DNA of 64,000 nt, from IMG/VR virus record IMGVR_UViG_3300020577_013140, positions 84,381 through 148,380 of that record. The stretch is one strand, 5' to 3'. The DNA is from a virus (taxonomy: Duplodnaviria > Heunggongvirae > Uroviricota > Caudoviricetes). Positions 17,948-25,254 of this stretch are shown here, piece after piece. How positions within the stretch are numbered: position 1 is the stretch's first letter; every line of letters begins with the position of its first letter. A model generated the notes under the pieces. That model had not been told where the DNA came from. It saw only the letters and a program-made list of their open reading frames with translations, and did not search any database. The translations under genes and the position numbers were made by a program.

Positions 17948-18480
17948 GGTACATTGATCTTTCTTGTTTCCTCTTCCGTCGGAAGAAGCTTACGAATCTC
18001 GATGAGCCTGGCTTTTACTCCAGCCTCGACTGCTTCGTCGAACGTGCGCTTAAACTTCTGCTCAACAAGCGCTGGAATTGTTTTTGCATGGGCAAGGATC
18101 TGGTCGGTAATCTGTTTGTTGACGGCGCTGGCCTGGTCCCTTACATACTCAGCGACCCGGGCTTCCAGCTCCGCCTTCACCAGCGCCTTCCCTTCAGGTG
18201 TTAGTTTGAGTGTGCGCGTCCAGCTGAGAGCATCTCTCTCCTCGACTGTTAACGCCTCGTTTACCATTGCTTTTACCTTCTCACGCATCTGGGCTTCCTC
18301 TTGTTTGAGTGTCGCCAGCGCGATGTTCTCAAGGTGCTGTCTTGCAAACGCTGCGGCCACTGCGTGTCTTAGTGAGACTTCAAGCGTGGTGTCACTGCCG
18401 AGGAGGCGCTCCAATGCAGCCTTTGAATTGATCTGCAGTGTCAATGCACTGCTTCCTAGATCGGGTTTGTCTTCTGGCAT
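17944..18480 (-). CDS. hypothetical helical protein
   Basis: 178-aa Ala/Glu/Lys-rich tiling ORF. Confidence 0.75.
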   Translation of the reverse strand: MPEDKPDLGSSALTLQINSKAALERLLGSDTTLEVSLRHAVAAAFARQHLENIALATLKQEEAQMREKVKAMVNEALTVEERDALSWTRTLKLTPEGKALVKAELEARVAEYVRDQASAVNKQITDQILAHAKTIPALVEQKFKRTFDEAVEAGVKARLIEIRKLLPTEEETRKINVP

Positions 18481-18719
18481 GGTTCTACTTTCTCGACCGC
18501 GGTGTCATCGATGCCGACATAACAGTTGATCCAGTCGGGTTCCAGCCACAGGTCATAGACGATTGTGTTTTCTGCGATTTCCATTGGTGGGTCCACTGCC
18601 ACTACGAGGAATGTACCTCGCAGGATGTCCATTTGATCACGGGTCAGGTTTCCAAACGTCCCAAGTGCACTGTCCCGTAATCGAACTGTGTCACCAGGAG
18701 ATACATAGGGTTGTCTCAT
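18456..18719 (-). CDS. small hypothetical protein (PGDTVRL, SH3-like)
   Basis: tiling ORF. Confidence 0.65.
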   Translation of the reverse strand: MRQPYVSPGDTVRLRDSALGTFGNLTRDQMDILRGTFLVVAVDPPMEIAENTIVYDLWLEPDWINCYVGIDDTAVEKVEPCQKTNPI

Positions 18720-18725
18720 TGCACG

Positions 18726-19133
18726 TCAGGTTAAAGGAAGTATGTGGTTCTGAGCGTCCCAAGCGTTGACCACGCGAACATAGTTCCAAATACGATGCTC
18801 CTTTGGAAAGTTGGCAATTAGAAATATGGCTCCAACGGAGTTCCGAAACAAGACAACCGGGATATATGAGGCCACGCTTCCAATTATCTTCACTCCCATG
18901 ATTACGTCCGTTATGCAATTGATTTGTGAAAGCAGCGATGCGGAACGTTTCACCCATACCACGTTTGTTGCAAGCTTCTCGACCAGTTCGAAGACCAACT
19001 CGCGGTCGTATGCCGGGTTGATCTCGTACACAGGGTAAGAGAATCGGAGAGGTGGTGCGACTGGAGGAGGTAGGTCACTCACTTTGAGCAATGGGTAGTT
19101 GTGCACGTTGCCCGAGACCCAAGCGCAATGCAC
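18726..19133 (-). CDS. hypothetical protein, paralog A
   Basis: YDRELVFELVEK...ANFPKEHRIWNYV shared with 19075..19476. Confidence 0.7.
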   Translation of the reverse strand: MHCAWVSGNVHNYPLLKVSDLPPPVAPPLRFSYPVYEINPAYDRELVFELVEKLATNVVWVKRSASLLSQINCITDVIMGVKIIGSVASYIPVVLFRNSVGAIFLIANFPKEHRIWNYVRVVNAWDAQNHILPLT

Positions 19134-19476
19134 GATTTGCGACTGTCACATAGTTCCAAACACGATGCTCCTTCGGAAAGTTGGCAAGCAGGAACTTGCT
19201 GATCAGGGTGTTCGGATAAAGCCTCAGTCCTGGAGCCCATGGGTTCCCTCCCCAGCACATCAACTGGAACCCCATTACAACACGGAGTACCTTGTCGAAT
19301 TGCTGGTAAAAGGTATGGGTGTGTTCGGACAACTTGCAATGAGTCTGAAACTTCTCGACCAACTCCAAGATCAACTCGCGGTCGTAGGACTCGTTAATTG
19401 TGGCATGCGCCTGAGTAAACATTCGGACCCGACTGGACCGAAGAGGAGGGAGAAATTGAGGGGCGTTCGAAGACAT
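19075..19476 (-). CDS. hypothetical protein, paralog B
   Basis: YDRELILELVEK...ANFPKEHRVWNYV; start trimmed to ATG at 19476. Confidence 0.7.
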   Translation of the reverse strand: MSSNAPQFLPPLRSSRVRMFTQAHATINESYDRELILELVEKFQTHCKLSEHTHTFYQQFDKVLRVVMGFQLMCWGGNPWAPGLRLYPNTLISKFLLANFPKEHRVWNYVTVANRALRLGLGQRAQLPIAQSE

Positions 19477-20140
19477 AAGTCCAATATTGAGAGGTAGGTT
19501 TTTGCTGCTTCCGGTCCCAGTAGATGGCGCGTGCCACAGCGGACGGGATATTGCGTGCCAAGCACGAAGACACCCAGTGGCGTTCCAGGGCGTCATATTG
19601 GTTGGAGTGCTTGGTTTGATCAAGGCCGTAGAACTGAAACATGTGCGTATCAAGGCAGACAACCTCGGCCGCACACGGATAGATCAGTTCAAGAGCGAAG
19701 GATACTTTGGCCTTTCCCAGACCAAGGATGCTATTGACCAGCCGGTTTCTGTAGGTCACCCATTGCTCGTTAGGGTGCTTATAAAAGGCCGATGGATCGC
19801 GCCAGTAGTCGTTACAGAACTTGGTGATGAATCGGGTGCGATTGTGTTGAAGGCCGATGCGGCTGTCAGTGAGCCTTCTTTTTAGCTCATCACTATTTTG
19901 ATACCAGCCTGTCCACTCACGAATTGCTTGGAACCCGCGGACGTTTGACTGCCACGAAGTGTGGACAGAGCAATACGCAAACAACCAGCGGTCGAAGGTT
20001 TCCAGATAGTCTTCGGGTGTAAGCTCACGCCAATGCAGCCTATACCGTTGGACTTCCTCTGCCGAAATGCTATTAAAGAACGCGTCGACATCCGCGACTT
20101 TGGGCCACGAATGAGTTACAGTGACTGTGACTGCAGACAT
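19394..20140 (-). CDS. HhH-GPD superfamily DNA glycosylase / endonuclease III-like
   Basis: helix-hairpin-helix LVNSILGLGKAKVSFAL followed by VVCLDTHM with the conserved Asp. Confidence 0.75.
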   Translation of the reverse strand: MSAVTVTVTHSWPKVADVDAFFNSISAEEVQRYRLHWRELTPEDYLETFDRWLFAYCSVHTSWQSNVRGFQAIREWTGWYQNSDELKRRLTDSRIGLQHNRTRFITKFCNDYWRDPSAFYKHPNEQWVTYRNRLVNSILGLGKAKVSFALELIYPCAAEVVCLDTHMFQFYGLDQTKHSNQYDALERHWVSSCLARNIPSAVARAIYWDRKQQKPTSQYWTYVFERPSISPSSSVQSGPNVYSGACHN

Positions 20141-20442
20141 TATACGAGGACGATATACGCCCAGATTCGTGAATCAGGAGAAAAGAATTTACGAAGCTCT
20201 TTTGCCACCGGGTTTGAAGAACTGATGCGGATCGGGCTATTTGTTTGGTGTAGCCGGATGGTGGTCAGCAGCATTGGAAGATAATAGTTTACTCGATCCA
20301 CAAGCACTGTATGACTGTAGCAAGTCGCAAAATCGACCAGTTGTAAAATGCATTCGGTATCAGAGTCGCCTGGAAGTTCCTCGGCACGGCGAGGAGGCAG
20401 AGAAGCTAGCCTGGCTGCGATATTTCTTCTGTGTCGGCTCAT
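20140..20442 (-). CDS. hypothetical protein, distant paralog C
   Basis: DTECILQLV and F.PDSRIWAYIVLV match paralogs A and B. Confidence 0.65.
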   Translation of the reverse strand: MSRHRRNIAARLASLPPRRAEELPGDSDTECILQLVDFATCYSHTVLVDRVNYYLPMLLTTIRLHQTNSPIRISSSNPVAKELRKFFSPDSRIWAYIVLV

Positions 20443-20443
20443 G

Positions 20444-20671
20444 TTATCCTCGCAGGTAGTCGATGAGTGAACGGACGATAAAGTACAACACGAAAATTAC
20501 AACCAGTAAACAAAGCAAAGGTGCAAGGGCGATGAGCGCCACAAACAGCAGTGCTGCCACAGAAAAGAAGAACGAGCCGAAGAACCAAAGGATGACTGCA
20601 ACAGCCACAAAAGCAATGCAGTTCCATAAAAAGTCAGAAGCGTATTGGGACCAACGATCTTTGATGGGCAT
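20444..20671 (-). CDS. small membrane protein
   Basis: almost entirely hydrophobic 75-aa ORF. Confidence 0.7.
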   Translation of the reverse strand: MPIKDRWSQYASDFLWNCIAFVAVAVILWFFGSFFFSVAALLFVALIALAPLLCLLVVIFVLYFIVRSLIDYLRG

Positions 20672-20725
20672 GAATAGGGGGACCCCCTTGGGCGGAGGTT
20701 TTCGAAATTTTGACAGGGGTTGTTC

Positions 20726-20756
20726 TTATAACACCTTGGAAATCAAGGTCTTATAA
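20726..20756. promoter_or_regulatory. 31-bp imperfect palindrome (TTATAAcACCTTG-gaaat-CAAGGTcTTATAA), candidate dimeric protein-binding site
   Basis: 13-bp arms with one mismatch around a 5-bp spacer, in an intergenic gap. Confidence 0.5.
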
Positions 20757-20787
20757 ATTACGCTCGTCAGCTACACACAGACGAGGT

Positions 20788-21183
20788 TTATACAGAAGTG
20801 ACCGAAATCGCAGTAATTTCGCAGATTTTGTCAGGCAAAGCGGAGACTGCGAGGGCATCAAGATTTGCTGTAAGTAGTTGAATCTCAGCAACTACCATCG
20901 AATAAATCTCTTCAAGAGTCGCCTGGTTTGCAGCCACTAAAGAGACACTGGCCGTACGGAAATACGAAGTATCTGTATCTGGAGCATCAACCGGCAGGCT
21001 CTCAAGCTGTTCCGGAGAAGCGATCGCTGCAAACCGATCGTCATCAACCCCAAAGCGCTGCTTGACAAAGACCTCTTTAGGCATATCATCTGCAGCTATC
21101 ACTGTGAGGTCCATGCTGTAAGACTGCGGCAGGGTCAGCGAGTCTGGGGCATGGTCGACGCGTTTGAGTGTCACTTTTCTCAT
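20788..21183 (-). CDS. hypothetical protein, possibly virion-associated
   Basis: start trimmed to ATG at 21183; divergent from the structural block. Confidence 0.65.
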   Translation of the reverse strand: MRKVTLKRVDHAPDSLTLPQSYSMDLTVIAADDMPKEVFVKQRFGVDDDRFAAIASPEQLESLPVDAPDTDTSYFRTASVSLVAANQATLEEIYSMVVAEIQLLTANLDALAVSALPDKICEITAISVTSV

Positions 21184-21223
21184 GTAACCAACAGTGTACT
21201 GAACCCGACACAGAAAAGCAAGT

Positions 21224-21928
21224 ATGCCTTTACCTCGAAACATCTCCGGCGAAGCAACCAGGACAGCCGGCCTGGATCAAACGGGTTTTTACTCGGCCGG
21301 TGACTACGTTGTACCTGAGTTTACAGAGAGCGGCAAGAAAACTACACCAGGGCAGGTTGTTGGAAACGCTCCAAGCATTGTGGAGTTGGCGCAGCGAATG
21401 GCGGCTCACGCTGAAATGGGTGGTGCCACCCTTTTACCCGTCCCTCCGGCCGCTGAGGCACTTAAAAAGAAGGCTACGCGGTCATCACCCTCCCGGAAAG
21501 CTCCGAGCGCTCCTGTGGCCAACCAGACCACAAAGACACCCATCGTACGGGCGGATGGGATTGACCCCAACGTGGTACAGATGACCCTCACCGACCCCAC
21601 TCCGCAAGTTAATACTATACTACAGCCATCTCCCTCACCCTCGCTTCGCGTCCAGACCAACGTCCCATCTTCATCAATTGAAGTTGTCTTTTCCACCCAA
21701 CTCGGTAGAATAAAGGTTAATGCGTCAGCTGTTCTGGATTCCCAGAATGCCTTGGTTCTCGTGTTCGCCCATGAGGGTGAAATCCGTTATGAACCTGTCC
21801 CTGGAACAAACGTACAGTTGATCATTGATGGAAAGCTTGTGAATACCATGTATCCTGGGTTCAAATTCCCTTGGATGGACGAGACAATGCAACTCATGGT
21901 ATTTGTGAAGCTGCCTGACGACGAGTAA
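21224..21928 (+). CDS. hypothetical protein
   Basis: 234-aa ORF; first gene of the plus-strand block. Confidence 0.75.
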   Translation: MPLPRNISGEATRTAGLDQTGFYSAGDYVVPEFTESGKKTTPGQVVGNAPSIVELAQRMAAHAEMGGATLLPVPPAAEALKKKATRSSPSRKAPSAPVANQTTKTPIVRADGIDPNVVQMTLTDPTPQVNTILQPSPSPSLRVQTNVPSSSIEVVFSTQLGRIKVNASAVLDSQNALVLVFAHEGEIRYEPVPGTNVQLIIDGKLVNTMYPGFKFPWMDETMQLMVFVKLPDDE

Positions 21929-21949
21929 ATCAATCGACCGACGATTATT

Positions 21950-22780
21950 ATGAAAGAACCAGAAACGTACGCATTCGCTGACGGTCTGCTCAAGGCCGCA
22001 GCTACACAGTCTGCTGAACAGGAGAAACAAGCTTACGGCAAGCGCCTCACCGAGTTACTGCAGCGCAAGGGTAAGCTCGCCCCTGAAGCAAAACCCAACG
22101 TGGGAGTATCCTCTTTCCCCAAGCAGGCCGATACGTTCCTGCCATGGACGCTGCTGCAAGAGAAGCTGCAGGAAACAGGACAGGGACTGCAACAGGGTAT
22201 TGATCAGTTTGGAAAGGGAGTGAAGGACGTCGTAGGCCGGGGTGTTGATGATATCCGCGGCACTGCCCGCCAGATTGGCTCTGACATCAGTGGTGTGGCC
22301 GACCGTGCCCATGACGCTTTGTTTGAAACTCCTACTGAGCGTTTTATCCGTCACGGCAAGGGACATCTCAAGGATTTCCAACAGTCTGATATCGGGCAGG
22401 TGCTTTCTCGACTTCTGCAGGATGGGGCCAATCTCCCTAATACCCATCCCCGTCTTGCCAGTGGCTTGGCTGGTGCAGGCGTTGGCGGGCTGGCTGGAGC
22501 ACTGAGTGGTAAGAGCGAAAATAAAGAAACAGGCGAGAAGGGTACACGCGGACGCAATGCCCTCCTTGGTTCGTTGCTCGGTGGTGGTGCAGGCGTTGGT
22601 GCGCACGCTCTTGCAACTAGTGATGCTGCCAAGCAAGCGCTCCTTCATGCTCGTACTGCCGGGATGCCTCCTTCTGCTGAGTATCGTGCGCCACATCAGG
22701 CGTTGAGGACTCTGGATACTCCTCTCGATCTGAGTCAAAATGCGTCACCATCAACTGTGTCTGTTAAACCTCGCTTTTAA
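21950..22780 (+). CDS. hypothetical Gly/Ala-rich, probably virion-associated protein
   Basis: 276 aa; glycine-zipper segments GLAGAGVGGLAGAL and GSLLGGGAGVG. Confidence 0.7.
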   Translation: MKEPETYAFADGLLKAAATQSAEQEKQAYGKRLTELLQRKGKLAPEAKPNVGVSSFPKQADTFLPWTLLQEKLQETGQGLQQGIDQFGKGVKDVVGRGVDDIRGTARQIGSDISGVADRAHDALFETPTERFIRHGKGHLKDFQQSDIGQVLSRLLQDGANLPNTHPRLASGLAGAGVGGLAGALSGKSENKETGEKGTRGRNALLGSLLGGGAGVGAHALATSDAAKQALLHARTAGMPPSAEYRAPHQALRTLDTPLDLSQNASPSTVSVKPRF

Positions 22781-22785
22781 CGTTT

Positions 22786-23007
22786 ATGACAAAGATCAGT
22801 GTAGAGTATCTGGATTCCCTTGTTAAGGAGGCTGCTCCTGTACCTGACAATGGCAGGGGGCAGGTAGAGAACCCCAATCAGACTGGGGAGAACTCTTCCA
22901 AGCCTCCTGCCCTGCGTGAGCCCATCGATAAGCTCATGGGTGCCACAGGTGCAGCGGCAGCCGGGGCAGCAGGCCTGGTAACTGGGTTGGCTAACTGGGT
23001 TGGCTAA
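22786..23007 (+). CDS. small hypothetical protein with a C-terminal Gly/Ala-rich hydrophobic helix
   Basis: tiling ORF. Confidence 0.6.
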   Translation: MTKISVEYLDSLVKEAAPVPDNGRGQVENPNQTGENSSKPPALREPIDKLMGATGAAAAGAAGLVTGLANWVG

Positions 23008-23114
23008 CATCAAACCCACCCAGCCGTTAAAGGAAGTCAGCTAGCCAAATTCTCCCTTCGGTTTTCTCAAGATATTATACCACTTTTAAGCTTGAGTTAC
23101 TGGCCCCGGGGGGT

Positions 23115-23876
23115 ATGCTACTACGCCATATGGGATCATTCCGCGGTATCGCAAACGAGCACTTCTACCACCGGGTCGCCTTGCCTGACGGCACGATGAC
23201 CCCAGGTACGCTCTGCCCCGTCGAGATGGCGCACCTCTACCATTTGGACACCTACGACTTCAAAGGCAAGACAGTGCTGGACATGGCTACTTGGAGTGGT
23301 GGTTGGGCTTTCTATGCTGAGAGCAGGGGGGCCAAGCTCGTCACAGGCATGGATCGTACCTTGTGCCGATGTGGTGGTACAGAGGCTTTTCATCTCATCA
23401 AAGAGGAGCTGAAGAGCAAGGTTCTTTACGTCGAGGGCAATATCTACGACATGTGGCGGCTTGTACCAGCAGGCAGCTACGACGTGGTGTTCTGTTTCGG
23501 TTTACTTTATCACCTGTCAGACCCGATGTTTGCCTTGCGTAACTGCGTGCACGCAGCCAAGCGAGACATTTTTATTGAGACAGTGGCACGTGAGGCTGAG
23601 ACTGCATATCTTGAGTTACTGCCTCCTGGTGCGTTCTGGAAAGATATTTCCAATGTTTATTCCCCAACCACTGGTTGGCTCAAGGCTACGATGAAGCACC
23701 TTGGCTGGGATTGTGTGCAGCAGGGCTACACTATGCCTCCCGGCTCCATAGACGCTGCCCACGCGACACCAGAAGCACCCAGAGGGCTCTGCCGTATTGC
23801 CATGCATTTTGTACCTTCTGCGAAACCTGCGCCCACATGGAACTGGGTGGTTTACCCACACCCCAACGCTTACTGA
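23115..23876 (+). CDS. class I SAM-dependent methyltransferase (DUF1698/CmoB-like)
   Basis: FKGKTVLDMATWSGGWAF..ESRGA, YDVVFCFGLLYHLSDP. Confidence 0.85.
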   Translation: MLLRHMGSFRGIANEHFYHRVALPDGTMTPGTLCPVEMAHLYHLDTYDFKGKTVLDMATWSGGWAFYAESRGAKLVTGMDRTLCRCGGTEAFHLIKEELKSKVLYVEGNIYDMWRLVPAGSYDVVFCFGLLYHLSDPMFALRNCVHAAKRDIFIETVAREAETAYLELLPPGAFWKDISNVYSPTTGWLKATMKHLGWDCVQQGYTMPPGSIDAAHATPEAPRGLCRIAMHFVPSAKPAPTWNWVVYPHPNAY

Positions 23877-23878
23877 CT

Positions 23879-24076
23879 ATGGAAAAACGAGGAGACCTGC
23901 GCGAAGATTCACACGGCGATATCGACCCACGTAAGAAAGTCAAATACGTTGAGTCCGATGGGCCTCGTGTTGCTGGGGAAGGCGAGCAACACCTATTGAA
24001 GAACCCTGTACCGTTTACGCCAAAGAAGTCAATCAACCCTTATCCTCCCGGATACTCATGGCCCGTCCTAAACTGA
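23879..24076 (+). CDS. small hypothetical protein
   Basis: ATG 2 nt after the upstream stop; 65 aa. Confidence 0.5.
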   Translation: MEKRGDLREDSHGDIDPRKKVKYVESDGPRVAGEGEQHLLKNPVPFTPKKSINPYPPGYSWPVLN

Positions 24077-24345
24077 CTGCCAAGCAGAAGGCCACCAAAG
24101 CAATTCGACAATCAGATGAGCACAAAGCATGGTCAAACGCAGTACGGAGTAGAGATGGCTTCACCTGCCAACTCTGTGGTGGTAAGCCAAAAAGGCGCAA
24201 GTCCATCCACGCCCATCATATCGTCCCGTTCGCTAAAAGCGCAGCGTTGCGCTTCGACGTCAATAACGGTGTCACCCTCTGTCGAACCTGCCATCGCCGG
24301 GTTCACCGCGAGCGCATTGAAGTAACCCGAAAACAAACTGTATGA
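24058..24345 (+). CDS. HNH endonuclease
   Basis: RDGFTCQLCG...HAHHIVPF...DVNNGVTLCRTCHRRVH. Confidence 0.9.
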   Translation: MARPKLTAKQKATKAIRQSDEHKAWSNAVRSRDGFTCQLCGGKPKRRKSIHAHHIVPFAKSAALRFDVNNGVTLCRTCHRRVHRERIEVTRKQTV

Positions 24346-25049
24346 CATTGAGTGAAAAGTTCCTGCGGGCTGGTGTTCGATTCTACCATGCCAGTATTCC
24401 TCTTCCTGATGGGTCTAAAACCGCTATGACGGAGAACGGCATAGACTGTACTGGCTTTGAGACTGTTTATGGCTTCGACAAAATCGCCTTCTCTGGCAAG
24501 TCTGTCTTAGACGTTGGTTGTTGGGATGGTGCGTGGGCCTTTATGGCTGAGCAAAAGGGGGCCACAGAAGTTGTGGGTCTGGATAACGTCGACTTTCGAA
24601 TGTGGGATAAGGGTAATAACTCTGCTTGGGAGGCGCTACACAGTGCGTACCAAAGCAAGGCGAAGTACGTGCATGGCACGGTGTACTCTCTTCCATTTGC
24701 TGACAAGTCATTTGATATTGTTTATTGTCTTGGCTTGCTTTACCACTTGTCGGACCCATTAAAGGCTCTTCATGAGTGTTTTCGTTGTTGTCGCGAGCGT
24801 TTGGTTGTTGAGGTATGGGGAACGAGGGGGCAAGACGCGACAATACGTTTAGTGGCTCCACGCGAGGTTAATGCACACGATCCGACCAATGTGTATTGTA
24901 TTTCAGAAGGGTGGCTGACAAAAGTAGCTAAGATGCATGGGTTCACCCCTGTTCACATCAATACCTTTTGGGGTTGTCGCCTTTGCATGCAGTTTGTTCA
25001 TGACCGAGGTATTACCCCTAACCTGCACCCAAGCACTATCTATCCCTGA
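24342..25049 (+). CDS. class I SAM-dependent methyltransferase, paralog of 23115..23876
   Basis: FSGKSVLDVGCWDGAWAFMAEQKGA, FDIVYCLGLLYHLSDP. Confidence 0.85.
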   Translation: MTLSEKFLRAGVRFYHASIPLPDGSKTAMTENGIDCTGFETVYGFDKIAFSGKSVLDVGCWDGAWAFMAEQKGATEVVGLDNVDFRMWDKGNNSAWEALHSAYQSKAKYVHGTVYSLPFADKSFDIVYCLGLLYHLSDPLKALHECFRCCRERLVVEVWGTRGQDATIRLVAPREVNAHDPTNVYCISEGWLTKVAKMHGFTPVHINTFWGCRLCMQFVHDRGITPNLHPSTIYP

Positions 25050-25051
25050 TT

Positions 25052-25252
25052 ATGTCCCTTGATCTTGCTACTTCCCAATCTGCTCCGGCCACCGCCGAGA
25101 AAAACGACAAGTTCTTGCCCCGACTCACGTTAAGGGCCCTGCAGGAACAGCATGAGTTCATGCTTCATATCATGAACACTCCTTTAGCAACCAACGTTCC
25201 TACCATCCCTATCACCTTCGTGTTTCCAGACGGATCACGCGGCTACATGTAA
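25052..25252 (+). CDS. small hypothetical protein whose N-terminus resembles that of the downstream portal-like gene
   Basis: MSLDLATSQSAP versus MILDLANSQSGP. Confidence 0.6.
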   Translation: MSLDLATSQSAPATAEKNDKFLPRLTLRALQEQHEFMLHIMNTPLATNVPTIPITFVFPDGSRGYM

Positions 25253-25254
25253 TT

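Noticed and set aside
21950-23007. Recurrent KQA/KEA motifs as prohead-protease cleavage sites
   Set aside because: There are only a few occurrences (EKQAY, PKQAD, AKQAL, VKEAA), too few to distinguish from chance without the rest of the genome.
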